Assembly: GCF_009914755.1 (NCBI RefSeq)
Contig: NC_060925.1
DNA: 64,000 nucleotides
Source: the human T2T-CHM13v2.0 reference genome, Homo sapiens
Direction: 5' to 3' (one strand)
The notes under the pieces were generated by a model. That model was not told the DNA's origin and ran no database searches. It worked only from the letters and a program-made list of their open reading frames with translations. The first letter of the stretch is position 1; each line of letters opens with the position of its first letter. Positions 43,567-57,651 of this stretch are shown here, piece after piece. Made by a program: the position numbers and the translations under genes.

Positions 43567-45670
43567 GGTGCTTCCATTAAGAGCACAGGTGACCTAGGAG
43601 GGTGGGTAAGGGATAGGGCTGGAACTGGGGGCCTTGAATGCCTGGTTGAGGAGCAAGGCTTTATCTGGAGGCTGGTGGAGCTTCCAGAGTTCTGTGCCTT
43701 AGGCTGTGATATGCAACAGGCTGTGATGTACTCAGCTCAGCCTGTGTCCTGGCTCTTGCATATAATGAATTGGAGCATCATTTCTATTTCTTGGATATTT
43801 TGGGGAGGCTGAGCCTTATCTCTCTCAACTCAACCGCAGCTACTGGAGTCCAGGGAACTTCATCTCAGAGTCCTTGGGCAACAGTAAATTGGAGTGGAGA
43901 GACCTCAGCCTCTGTTTTTAGATGGGAGATCCAGTTGAAAATCTTGGTTCCCTGTGAGCCTCAGTTTTCTCATTTATAAATTGAGATGAGAAAACATTCC
44001 TTGTCATTATTGGGAGGATGTGATGAGTCCTAGCATGTGAGATGCCCATCGCAGTGCCCGGCCTGTTGTAACCATTCATCGAGAAGCTTGCAGAGCTGTG
44101 GTTGAAGGTGTTCTCTCTGGAGCCAGGAGGCCTGGGTGCCAACCCGGACTGTCACTCTCCAGCACCGTGACTTGGCTTTTCTGTGTGACGTAGTTAATAT
44201 CTGCCTGATGGGGTTGTGGGGAGGGAGGATTCAGGGAGATCCTGTAGGAAGCCCACAACACACGTGCCTTCTTAGATTAAAGCCTTTGTCTTGTCATCAT
44301 TGCTAGGAAAATGGTGGAATGTTGTAGAAGGAACTAGGAGAGGCAGGGTCTCTTCTAGCTCCTTAATTTACATATGGGGAAACTGAGGCCCAGAGAGGCA
44401 GAGCAGAGACACAGGTCCCTGACTTTTAGGCCTGCCCTCTCTCCTCAGTTTCATTGTTACTGATTGCGGTCTGTCCCCCCACCACCCCCAAGGATGGGGA
44501 CAGTGGGGGTTTGGTGACAGTGTCCTGCCTGCTGCAAATGTGGCACCTCCAAGGGAGCGTCTGTGGGGGAACTGTAGCTGACATGCCATTCGAATCCCCA
44601 TTTGGGAGATGCAGACACTGGTTCCATGAAGGCTGCTGCTTTTCCCCCTAAATGAGAAAAAATGTCTTAGATATGCCTTGTGCTGCAACCACCCCTAATC
44701 TGCAAACCCTGTAATTCTCCAAAAGAGGGAAGGGAAAGGAAAAAAAAAAAACATGCCTACACAGTCTGGCCGACTCATAGGCCAAGATTTAGAGACGGGA
44801 GCTGTAGTGAGGTTTCGCATTACTGAGCCTTCATTACTTTTACAAAATATGTTCTGGTGGGTTCACCCGCAGCTATAAAGTGCCGTCGTAAATAATTAAA
44901 CTCCACTTGTCAAGGGGGCTGGGAAAGGGTGGTGAAACGTGGTGTGTGTGAGGAACACTGGGCTGGGAGATAGGTGTCCTGGGACTCTGGCCTGTCTCTG
45001 ATCTCTGTGCCCTTGGGGGAGGAGGGCGGGCAATTTCACCTCTCCTGGCTCTGGCTTCCCCCTGTGTAGAATGAGGAGGTTGGAGCAGGTGGTCTCCTGA
45101 GTCCCGGCTAGCACTGATGGTCAACAGTGCTCAGCTGCAGTGAGTGTGCATTTTGGGGAAAACAACTCCGGGTTTCCCAATCTTCCTTCTAGTCATCCTT
45201 CCATTTACCCAAGTTCCAAGTGCTTTGTCAGACGCTGGGAAAGAAGAGGTGGTTACGACATAGGCAGCCTCAGCTCTTTAGAATCTCTCAATTCAGTGTA
45301 GAAAACCATCCAAGAAACTGATCACAACATCAGAGCAGCCCAGAGTCCCGTGGATGTGCAGGAGAGGGGCAGCAGCTACCCAGCCTGGGAGGGCTTCCTG
45401 GAGAAGGTGCCATTGAGCCAAGTTTGGAGAATGGGTAGAAGTTACTCAAGGAAGGACATTCAAGACAGAATAGCCTGTGCAAAGGCGCAGAGGAGGGCCC
45501 AGCAGTTAGAAGACTGGCTGGTGCTTCCATCAAGAGCAAAGGTGACCTGGGAGGGTGGATGAGTGATAGGGCTGGAGCCAGGGGCCTTGAATGCCTGGTT
45601 GAGGAGCATGGCTTTATCTGGAAGCTGGTGGAGCTTCCATAGTTCTGTGCCTTATCCTGTGATATACAAC
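43567..45670. repeat. Local direct duplication, 43567-43717 and 45520-45670
   Basis: 151 bp, ungapped, ~15 mismatches by hand (~90%). Confidence 0.93.
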
Positions 45671-45764
45671 CTTACCAAAGCCAGGGTGGAATTTAAGTAG
45701 GTTTGCCCCTGCCCAACCCCACTCTGCCCCTGTTTCTTCCTTGGATTAGGTAGGATTGGTGGAG

Positions 45765-46138
45765 TGCTTTAGTCTGCTCTGGCTTCCATAACAAACACCA
45801 CAGGTTGGGTGGCTTATACAGCATAAATGTGTTTTTTCACAGTTCTAGAGGCTAGAAGTCCAAGGTCACGGCGTCAGCAGGTTGGTTTCCTCTGAGGAGC
45901 CTGTCCTTGGCTTTTGGATGGCTGCCTTCTTGCTGCATCCTCCATGCACACACATCCCTGGGATCTCTTTGTGTGTTTATATAAGAATACCAGTTAGATT
46001 GGATTACGGTCCACCCTAACGGCCTCATTCTAACTTAATCACCTCTTAAAAGGCCTTATCTTTACATACAGTCACATTCTGAGGTCCTGGGGCTTAGGGC
46101 TTCCGGAATTTTGGGGGGACACAAATCAGTCCATAACA
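45765..46138 (-). mobile_element. MaLR LTR (MLT1A/B-like)
   Basis: ttagtctgct...ccataacaaacaccacagg...cagttctagaggctagaagtcc...cagtccataaca. Confidence 0.85.
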
Positions 46139-46671
46139 TGGGGCTTCACACATTATTGGTGGAGGAAGGGGGTTGTCCCTTGAGCTCCTGGGGAGACTTC
46201 TATGATGGGAAGATTCATAGAATGTTCTGGCCAGATGGGGCAGCCATTCCTGCCTCTCCCAGTCCCGCCTCCCAGCTTAGCAGATGGAAAAAGCAAAGCT
46301 CAGAGGAGTTTCAGCTTGCCTAAGGACACAGCAAATGGGTGGCCCAGCAGGATCAGGACTCAGCACACTGGACGCCCCACACTCCGCCTTGCAAGGAGTG
46401 AAGCCTGTGCGAACGTTGTCCTTTCATGCCTTGGTCCCCTTTACTGAACAAGAATTCTGGCAGCCCCTCTTACCAGCTGGTTGTCCAGGGTAAAGTCACT
46501 TTGCCTCTCTGAGGACCTTGGTCTGCTCCTCTGTGAAATGGGGCTAGTATTCCCTGGCTTAGCTCCTGGAATTACTATGTGGACTATGTGTTCTTGTTAT
46601 GAATATATTAATGCACTCTGGTGGAAGGGAGGCCCAGAGATGGCCAGATGGCCAAAAGTCACATACCCTGC

Positions 46672-47031
46672 TGCAATGGACTGAATGTTTGTCCTCTGCA
46701 AAATTCATATGTTGAGACCTAATCCCCAGTGGGGCGATATTAGGAGGTGGGGCCTTCAGGAGCCTATAAGGCCATGAAGGCAGAGCCCTCACGAATGAGA
46801 TCAGGGCTCCATAAAGGGCTGAAGAGACCCGAGTTCTCCCCAGCTACCAAGTGAGGACACCGTGAGAAGGTGCCATCTGTGAACCAGAAAGAGCACCCTC
46901 ATCAGATGCCAAATCCGCAGGCTCCTTGATCTTAGACTTCCCAACATCCAGACTGTGAGAAATACATTTCTGTTATTTATAAGCTCCCCAGTTCATGCTA
47001 TTTCATTACAACAGCCTAAACAGACTAAGAC
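46672..47031 (+). mobile_element. MaLR LTR (MLT1A/MST-like)
   Basis: tgcaatggactgaatgtttgtc...aaattcatatgttga...cagactaagaca. Confidence 0.85.
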
Positions 47032-47352
47032 AGCCTGTTCTAAGGGTCCTGGCTTTGGAGACCCCACTCCTGCTTCTGTCTCCCTGGGCTGGCCACGAAG
47101 GTGAAAGAGGAGGGGTGTGTGTGTCTATTTATTTCCACTGCCTCTTTCACATTACAGGACGAGCCTGACCCGTTTCAGCCCATTATCAGCCAGCAGGCTT
47201 GGCTTGGTGGTAGCCGGTTGGTGGTTGTAGCAGCAGACACAGCAGGTGCCAGCTGGGCACAGCTCTTAAAAGGGCAGTCTCAGCTCCCCACTGGGGTTGT
47301 CCAGGTCTCCTGTTGGAGTCCCTCGCTGCGGTTTTGGGAATGGGTGGCTTGA

Positions 47353-47869
<517 letters not shown>

Positions 47870-48922
47870 TATCCCACCTCCACCAACCACTTCCTAGCAG
47901 GGTGACTCCATGAACGCTGAGTAACTTCTCCGAGTGGGTTTCTTGTCTGTAATGTGCAGACAGCAGTGCCCACCCTGAGGGCTGATTGTGATCATTGTGG
48001 GAGAGGATAACTTAGGTACAGAGGCTGAATGCCCCCTGCCTCTCCGTTTATTCTGGCCTGATTTCTGATCCAGGCTCACCTTCACATTGGGCAGATGGGA
48101 CTTGCAGGGTGAAGGGAACACAGTGGTGCTTTCTCCTCTGTGTTCTGATCCAACTTGCTCTGTGGGGCGACGTCATCCTTTGCTACTAGATGAAACTGAG
48201 AGCGAGTCCCACAGCTTTCCTGGTCACTTAGGCAGTGAAAGTTTCCCTGATTACTTCTGTAATGTCCAGTCTCATGGAATAGTGAAAACGTGCAAATTCA
48301 TTCATTTAAACTCAAGGCCTTTTCAGTCCCTGGGCCCAGGTCAGCTGGGGGCAAGAAGCAGGGTTGTGGTAGGGTCTCGATTTCCCACCTTGCTTTTCCT
48401 GTCTCCTCCCGATGGCTGGCAGTGTTTCTTGAGGGTCCTGCTCTCTGGGGTCAGAGGTAGGACAGGTGGGAAGAGAGAAGGAAGGGAAATAGGCAGAAGT
48501 GGACCAGAGTGGCACTTGTGAGCCGGGGTGAGTGCACTCTGGGCTTGGCCCATGTTTAAATCCCATGCTTTTTCATGTGGGACTTTGCTGGGTTCCTTGG
48601 AGCCCTGCCCCTTTCCGGGGCCCCCTCACCTGCAGCTCCTCTGGCTGGCCATCTGTCCTGGCTCTCCAGCTGCCTGGTGCTGAGGTGTCTTTGCTTCCTG
48701 GGGATCCTCGATCACTCCCGTGCCCTTCTCTTGTCCCTGAGAGATGCTCTGCCCTGACAAACACCAGGTTTTAGGTGCCTCCTCCCCTCCCCCACATCAA
48801 CTTACCTTTTCCTGGGCGAGGCACATATGATTGTGTCCCCACTCAAGCACCCAAGGGAGGCATATGTAGCTGTCTAAGTAGCCTTGCTGAAGACCATCTG
48901 CTTGGGCTCAGGGTCAGGATGA

Positions 48923-49330
<408 letters not shown>

Positions 49331-51156
49331 TAGAGGAAGGATCAGCAAGGCCAGTTCTTGGCCACTTCCTTTGAGATCCTGCTTGGGTGGTCTCACACCT
49401 CACCTTGGAATGAGGATGTGGTTGGCATCTGTTGTCTTAGGGCCTCATCTAAAACAGAGGCCAAAATGGTTCCATTTCAACACCTAGTTACCCTCAGGCA
49501 TGCTCAAGCATTTCCACCTCAGTACCTTTGCACACGCTGCTGCTGCTGCTTCTGCCTGAGTGCCTTGTCCCCAGATCCCTGCATGGCTGGAGCCTCATTC
49601 TATGACCTCAGATACTTCATCTAGTCATGCACTTCCCCCTCCCCAGCTAGTCATGCTGTCAAATCATCCTCCTCTCTTTTCTTCTGCAGAGCGATTATAG
49701 AGACCTGGAATGATTTGTTTGTTTGCTTGTTTATTGTATGTCCCCACTCCCCCCGCCCCCACTACTTCCTCTGTTGCTTCTAGCCCATCAGCTCCGCAAG
49801 ACTTCGTTTGTTTTGTTCACCACCATAGCCCTGGGGTTGATGGAAGTTCCTGGTGCAAAGATGACACTTAGAATGCCTTGGGTGATCTTCTCAATCCCCC
49901 GATCAGTCCATGCAAGGAGTCCACAGCCTGGCATGTGGGATCTGATCAGCCATTAGGACATCTCAAGGGGCCGAGGTAATAGGGACAGTAGTTCTCTGCC
50001 CATCCATTTGCTGCAGGTGGCAAATGTGTGTCTCTGGTCACAACGGCATGAGCCACATCGTCCAGCTTTCCCTGGGTCCTCTCCTGCACTGATGGGTCAG
50101 GAGCTGGGTCTCAGATGTGCAGACCCCAAGTGGAAGTCAAGGGCCGGGGGAGGTAGGTGTGAATATTGAAACAGGAAGAAGCAGGGAGATGTCTTGGTGG
50201 GTGGTGCCCATGGGAAGCTGAATGCCTCCTTGCCCAGAGGGGGGCCATGCTAGGTCCCCGAGATTGCCCAGAAGTGAGAGGAGGCTCGGCTGTGAGCAGG
50301 GCCTGCTGCGAGTGGGAAGGAGCAGAGCTTCCCCCTAGGGAGAAGCAGGCTTCATGAAGCAGGCTGGCCTGTGGGAGGGGCTAATCAGACCAGGGAGTGG
50401 GGGCTGGCAGGGACGGGGTACAGGCAGACCCATGGGGCAGGAGGGAGGTCAGGCAGAGAGAGTCAGTCTAGCCAGGGGAGAAGGGGCCTGAGAGTCAGTT
50501 TCTCTGGGGCCAGGGTTCTGGTCCCAGCTTTCTTTGGCTGGCTTGGCTTCAGTCCATGCTGAGGACAGTGGCCCAGTGGCCTGGGCTACACTTAATACCC
50601 AACCTGAAGCTCACAGACACTTTCCTTCGTCCTAATCATAATGAGGTCAGGAGTTTGAATGGGATCATTTACCTGCTGGGAAAGGGGAAAGCTCTGCAAA
50701 TATTCACTGAGCACCTGCCAGGTACGAGATGCTGTTCTGGCCACCACTTTGCAGGGAGGGGCAGCAGATGTGGGACTAGGTGCCTCCTTGGGGTGGGCTG
50801 CAGGTGTTCACCGTGCACAGCTCTGCCTGAGCTCAGGATCAGCCACGCTTGGGACAGACCAGATATGCCTGGGAGTCAGTGCTCCAGTGTGGAATTGGTG
50901 GGGGGAGAGGTGGGGGTGCTGGTGGACAGAAGCCCAGCTTCCTTGCCTGTTCCTCATCCTCTATCCCTTGAGGGACAATTCTGAGCTGTGCTCACAGGGT
51001 CTCTTGAGTGCCCGCGGTGGTAACTGCCCATGAGCTCCCCTTTACTGGCCACCTTCCTTCTCCTTTCACTTCCCACCTTGCCGTGCTTCCTGCAGTCACC
51101 TCCTTAATGACGGACTTGTACTCCAATTCTTGTCTGCTTTGGAGGGAACCCAAATA

Positions 51157-52686
51157 AGAAAGGTGGCCTGGAGATGGGTGTGTTGTTTCTTTCATGGAGA
51201 AAGACAAGTTCAGAGAGGTTAAGCAGCTTCCCCCAAATCACTCAACCAGGAAGCGAGGAGCCTGGCTCAGAACCTGGGTCTGTCAGGTCCATGGGGACAA
51301 GAGAGGTCACGTGGGGAGGGGGAAAGAGGAGCTGGATTTCTGGAGTTGTTGCCTTCCTGGGGTCTTGTTTATAGGGCAGCAAAAGGTGAGAGTCTGTGCT
51401 CCCCAGGGATGGTCAATCTTGGGGTCACATCCAGCTTGGCTTCCAGAAGATTCTGTAAGGGACAAAATTTAGAAGAGACTGCTGACTCGAATCTGGGGCT
51501 TGGGGACCCCACAGGGCAGGGGTTGAGGGGTTAACATCATGCATAGTGATGGGGGGAAGAGTTCAAGGGATGGGGTTGGTCCAGCTGTGTCCAAGGGCAG
51601 TGGGTGGGGTCAGAGTGGGAGGGCCGCTCAGCAGGGGCCCTGCGGGTGGGGGTGTGAAATTAACAACAAAATCAGAGGGGAAGAGACTGTCATCCAACCC
51701 CGAGCCCCAGCCCTGCCCAGCACAGATGGTGCAATTAGAGGCTTGGGCAGATTCGCTGTAGAAGATGATGCCACTGGAGAAAAGGAGCCAGTTCTGCGGG
51801 GGGTCTTCTCTATTTTAAAAGCAGCCGGCAGTGTATAATTCCTGCGAGTAAATTGTATATTTAAGTGCTTAGGGTGGGGGTGCAGCCGTGGTACTTTCTT
51901 CTGTGTGGAAATTAGGACGATGCTGGGCCCTTGGATCTGGAGCTCCTGCTGGGAGGAGGAGGGAGGAGGGAGGAAGAGCACAGAACCATGTGCCAGGGCC
52001 CCCATTCCTCCCTCCAGAGGCTTGGAAAGGGAGGACAGGCAGATGGCACCCTCTCCCCACCATATTGTCTTGTGAGGCAAGACAGGGTCCACCCTTTACC
52101 CTCCTTTGAGATGGTGGCGCCTGACACCAGAAGACCAGGCTGGGGTGGTGGGTTCAAGGGCTTGTGCTCTAACCCCTCCCTGAGTCCCCTCAGGGGCCAG
52201 GTCTCCCTCACTGCCTTGAGTCTGCAGGGAACAGTGGGACCTTTAGGCATTTGTGGAACCCCAAGAGGGCAGGGGCCCCATCTGGTTTGTTCGTGAGGTA
52301 TACAGCAGGTGCTTAATAAATGAGTTGACTGAATCCAATAGGTGAAGGGGCATAGTGAGGACTCCTTGACTCGGGTTGCCACTCGAGTGCCTCTGCTGGG
52401 GCATGCTATCCCCAGCTCTTTGTATGTGGAATGGAGAGAATGGTGCTTACCTTGGGGCTTTGAGGAGGCTTCCTGGAGGTGGTGCTTGTAGACTGCTGGG
52501 ACAGGCCCTTGGCACCTTTCCCCTTCCCCATGTGACCTCTCTTGTCCCCATGGACCCGACAGACCCAGGTTATGAGCCAGGCTCCTCGCTTCCTGGCTGA
52601 GTGATTTGGGAGAAGCTGCTTAACCTCTCTGAACTTGTCTTTCTCCATGAAAGAAACAACACACCCATTCTCCCGACCACCTTTCT
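51157..52686. repeat. Local inverted repeat, arms 51157-51326 and 52516-52686
   Basis: 153-bp core with 6 mismatches by hand (~96%); spacer ~1.19 kb. Confidence 0.95.
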
Positions 52687-53116
52687 ACCAGATAGTAGGG
52701 CCTCTGTCCCCTTGGTTCTCTCAGTCCTGCTTCCTCCATGTGGCCTCTGAGTCAGGATGGGGGTGGGCCACATTTTGGGCCTTGGGGACCATAGGGAGTA
52801 GTGATTAGTCCCTCTAGGAGCTGGTTCTGGTCTCTGCACCCTATCTATACCCCCCTAACTCCCACCCCCAGTTTACACTCCACCTGCAGGCAGCAGAGGC
52901 CGGAGCCCATGTGCAGAGGGAGGAGCTGTGGCCTCACCTTCTCCAACCTGCTGCCTGCTGTAAAAAGGGCAGGTTCGGAGGGGGGATGAGCTCTGTAGAC
53001 CCACCCACTCTTGTCCCCTTGCAAGGGTGCAAACATGTCATTCTCTTCCAGAGCCTGGGAGGGACAGATAGGGAAGAGGATAATTCCAGGGAAGCTCGTT
53101 GGCTGGCTGCTGTCAC

Positions 53117-53335
53117 TGTGTGTGTGCCTCTGTGTGTCTGTGTCAGTGTGTGTGTCTGTGTATGTGTGTGTGTGTGTGTGTGTGTGTCTGTCTGACAGTG
53201 CCCTTGTCCAGGTGGTATCTGTCTCTGGGTCTCTCTCTGGGTTTCTAAGGACACTGTCCTTCTTGGACTGTGTGCCCCCCAGGTGCCGACCTGTGTGCCT
53301 GGTTGTGTGTGTGTATGTGCGTGTGTGTGCACACA
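53117..53335. repeat. Imperfect (TG)n/(TC)n tracts
   Basis: TG runs at ~53117-53190 and ~53305-53330. Confidence 0.85.
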
Positions 53336-53529
53336 CTGCAGGGCAGCTGGCTGCCTCAGAAACAAGCTCTCAGCTGGGTCCCTGTCTGCCTTCTTCCCTC
53401 CGAGCTCCAGCCAGGCCAGCTGCCTAGAAGCACAGCTTTGGTTGGCCTCCCTGAGATCAGGCATACCTGAGCTGGGTAGATCCAGGTCACCCACTGTCCC
53501 CTCACCAAATCCCTGCCCTCTCCTGTAAA

Positions 53530-53613
53530 CCTCGAACTCCTGACCTCAGGTGATCCACCTGCCTTGGGCTTCCAAAGTGCTGGGATTACAGGTGTGAACC
53601 ACCATGCCCGGCC
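53530..53613 (-). mobile_element. Alu left-arm 5' fragment
   Basis: ctcgaactcctgacctcagg...ccatgcccggcc only. Confidence 0.85.
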
Positions 53614-54602
53614 CCATGTTTCACTATATTTACTGGCCAGCTTTCAGCCTTCCGTAGCCGCCACGCTCCCTCTACCCCAGGGACCTTCCATGTGCTGTGT
53701 CCTCAACCTGCAGCACTCTTCTTTCTCTTCTTCAGAAAATTCCTTCCAATCTCACCTTCAGCATCATGTGGCCCACCCAGCCTCCCTGACAGGGTCTGAT
53801 TTCTCCATATGAGGTTCTCAAAACCCACACACCCTATGGCAATTGCCATGGGTGCACTTTTGCATTAATGTATGTGACTACGAGATTTATGTCTGGTTTC
53901 CTGCCAGCCTGTGGACTCTGAGAGCAGGAGCCTCCCCTGCTTTTGTTCTCCACTCTCCCCAGTGCCTGGGAAGTGGTTGCACGTGCTCTCCATGTTTGAG
54001 GAGTGAGTGAGTGAATAAACTAGCCATGTTCCATGAATTTCTCATTTCCTCAAGGATGTGGGATGCACTTGACGCCTCTCCCACTGGGCTCTGCCCCCAA
54101 CTCAATACTCAGTAAGTTCAGGGATGTTTGGAAAGCCGGCCCTGCCTTTGACGAGTTTGTTCCCTCCTCAATTCCAGCACTCGCTAGGCTACCCAGGCGG
54201 AGGTGCCTTCCCTCTCTGGTTCACTGCGTTCCCCACTTCTCCACCTTATAACTTTCCTCAATTTAGGGAGTGGAGTTGATCCTCATCTTTGCCTTAGAAA
54301 TGAGGCCACTGCGGCTCAGAGGAGGGAGGTGACGTCCGAGTCATCCTCAGGTCTGTCCCGCCAGATCCGCTGCCTCCTGCACACTTCTGCCCACTTCTCA
54401 CCACCTCTCCCGCAGCACCGCATCTCCCTGCAGCAGCATCGACTCCAGCCTCGTCACTGCACTCCTTGCCTTGCCTGCTACCTCCCAGTCTTTCCTCCAC
54501 CAGGGGGGTATTTTAAAAATATAAATTAGATTAGGACATTCCCCTGCTCCAAACCCTCCAGGGGCTCCCATTACAGTTAGAATAAAACTCAGTGCCCTGT
54601 GT

Positions 54603-54826
54603 CAGGACTTGGCAACCTCTTCTGTAAAGGACCGGATAGTAAATACTTTCAACTTAGTGGGCCATATGGTCTCTGTTGCAATTATTTGGTTCTGCTGTTG
54701 TAGCACAAAAGCAGCCACAGACAATTTGTAAGGGAGTGGGCATGGCCGTGTTCCAATAAAACTTGGTTTACAAGAACAAGTGGTGGGCCAGACTTGGACT
54801 GCAGCCTGTGGTTTGCTGCCCCCTTA
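54603..54826 (+). mobile_element. MER58A
   Basis: caggacttggcaac...ctgtaaaggg...gatagtaaata...ggtctctgttgcaa...gtgttccaataaaact. Confidence 0.85.
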
Positions 54827-55199
54827 TCTACAGGTTTCTGTGTGAGCCATCCCTGCTTCCCTTCCCCACACCTCACCACCCCGCTCCCTCCTCCTTGCTG
54901 CCTCTGCCTGGGCTACTCAGGCCTTCTTTATGTCTCCCAAACATGCCAGGTGCAGCCTTATCTTAGGACATTGCATGTGCTGTTCCCTCTGCCTCGAATA
55001 CGGTCCCCCTGGATCTTCATAAGACTGACTCTGTCATTCTGCACATCTCAGGGCAGATGTTATCCTCTTGAAAAGCCTTTTCTGACCAGTCTGTCTAAAA
55101 AGCACCTTCCCAAGTCTTGCTTTGCTGGATCCTGTTTTATTTTCTTCAGAGCGCTATCATTCTTTGAATTTATTTACTCATTTGTTTGTTTGTGAATCT

Positions 55200-55797
55200 A
55201 TCATCCATCTGTCCATTCATCTCTCTATCCATCCTTCCATCCATCTGTTCATCCATCCATCTGTTCATCCATGCACTCATCCATCTGTCCATCCATCCAT
55301 CTGTCCAACCACTCATCCATCTGTCCATCTATCCATCCATCTGTACATTACTCATCCATCTATTCATCCATCTATCTATCCATCTGTCCCTCTGTCTCAG
55401 TCTGTTTGGGCTGCTCTAAGAAAGTACCCTAGACTAGGTGGCTTATAAACAACAAAAATTTATTTTTTACAATTCTGGAAACTGGGAAGTTCAAGATCCA
55501 AGTCTTGGCTGGTTCAGTGTCTGGTGAGGGCCCACTTTCTAATTCATAGATGGCACCTTCTGTCTGTCCTCCTCATCTGGCAAAGGGATGAGGGAGCTCC
55601 TGGGGTCTCTTTTATAAGGGCACTAATCCCATTCATGAGGGCTGCACCCTCATGACCTAATGACCTCCCAAAGGCCCCACCTCCACACACTATCAAGTTG
55701 GGGATTAGGTTTCAACATAAGAATTCTGGGAGGTACACAAATATTCAGTCCATGGCACCATCCATCTACCTATCCGTCCATCCATCCATCCATCCAT
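55200..55797. repeat. (CCAT)n tract split by a MaLR LTR
   Basis: Degenerate CCAT repeats at 55200-55385 and 55758-55797. Confidence 0.85.
55393..55757 (-). mobile_element. MaLR LTR (MSTB/MLT1A-like)
   Basis: tgtctcagtctgtttgggctgct...gggaagttcaagatc...cactaatcccattcatgaggg...attcagtccatggca. Confidence 0.85.
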
Positions 55798-56138
55798 GGT
55801 CTAACTCCCCCTTCTAGACTTTAGGCTCCATAAGGACATTACTTTTTCTGTCTTGATCACTAACATAGTCCCTGCATCAAGAGTCATGGTAGGCACCGGA
55901 TATGATAAATAGTCAGTAATGTGTGTGAACTGACTGCCTAGTTAACCTGCTTGTCCAAGGTACCAGCCTGGCTTAGGTGAGTACACGGAGCACCTCTCCG
56001 GGGACTTCTCCCACCTCTGATGCAGCAGCACCCTGTCTTTTCTGCCCACTCTAGAGCTCTTTGCCAGCTTCTGCCCCCTCCCGCCACCCACCCCCCTGCT
56101 TCCTTCTCCAGAGCAAAATAAATTTAAAGAATCAAATG

Positions 56139-56458
<320 letters not shown>

Positions 56459-57290
56459 TCACAATCTTTGGGAGCCTCCCTGTGAGCACATCGAAGGTTA
56501 AGCTGAGGAAGCTCTGCTCTGCAGACCGAAGTGACATGGAGGCACTTGAAAATGAAGTGTCTCCCATACAAGTATTTAATTATCCTATTATAGGACAGTA
56601 ACTGGGCACTAGGATTTTTTTATAATTATTAATAGAGTATTAAACAATTATCATGAACAATTAAAATTAATTACATTTCTTGGAATTAATGAAATTATCC
56701 TTTTGATAGGACAAGTGGCTAAGCAGACATAAAAATGAAGAACCGGTACTCCAAAAGTCTGCAGGAGTTGGGTGTGGTGAGGCTGGGTGCCTTTCTCTCT
56801 CCAGCCATGGGGAGGGGCTCCATGCACAGGCTGGGGCCTTGGGAATCTCGAAGTTCTTCGGAAAGAAGGATGAACTGGAAGGCTGGACCCAGACTGCGTG
56901 CTCAGAATTCTGCCTGGAGCCTCATCTATCCAGGCCCAGCTCTTGGCTTATCTCCTCCTCTCTACCCTCCTTTCCTCTCTTTATTTCTTCCTGTCTCTTA
57001 CTTTTTATCCTTCTTTCTTTGGTGCAGGCTAGGCATGCCCTAGGCACTGGAAGTGCAGGGATAAATCAGTCAAAATTCTGTCCTTTTGTAGAGTTCAAGG
57101 TCAAGGAGAGAGACCTAGCACCGTCTTGATGCATAAGAGTCAGAGGGCTGAGGTTCAGCTTTGGACTCTACTTCTTACCAAGTGTGTGACCTTCAGAAAA
57201 CTGCTTACTTCCTCGGAGCCTCAGTTCCCCCATCTGTAACGTGGTACCTCCCTCATGGGGCTGTTGAGGGAAAAATGAGTTATTATGTGT

Positions 57291-57651
57291 TAATATGATT
57301 TGGCTGTGTCCCCACCCAAATCTCATCTTGAATTGTAGCTCCCATAAATCCCATGTGTTGTGGGAGGGACTCTGTGGGAGATAATTGAATCATGGGGGTG
57401 GTTTCTCCCATACTGTTCTTGTGGTAGTAAATAAGTCTCATGAGATCCAATGGTTTTATAAGGGGAGACCCCCTTTGCTTGGTTCTCTCATTGTCTCTTG
57501 CCTGCCGCCATGTAAGACTTGCCTTTCACCTTCTGCCATGATTGTGAGGCCTCCCCTGCCACGTGGAACTGTGAGTCCATTAAACCTCTTTTTCTTTATA
57601 AATTACCCTGTCTCAGGTATGTCTTCAGCAGCGTGATAATGGACTAATACA
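57291..57651 (+). mobile_element. THE1 (B/C-like) solo LTR inside a MIR
   Basis: 361 bp, ...tttggctgtgtccccacccaaatctc...ggactaataca; 5-bp TSD tgtgt. Confidence 0.92.
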
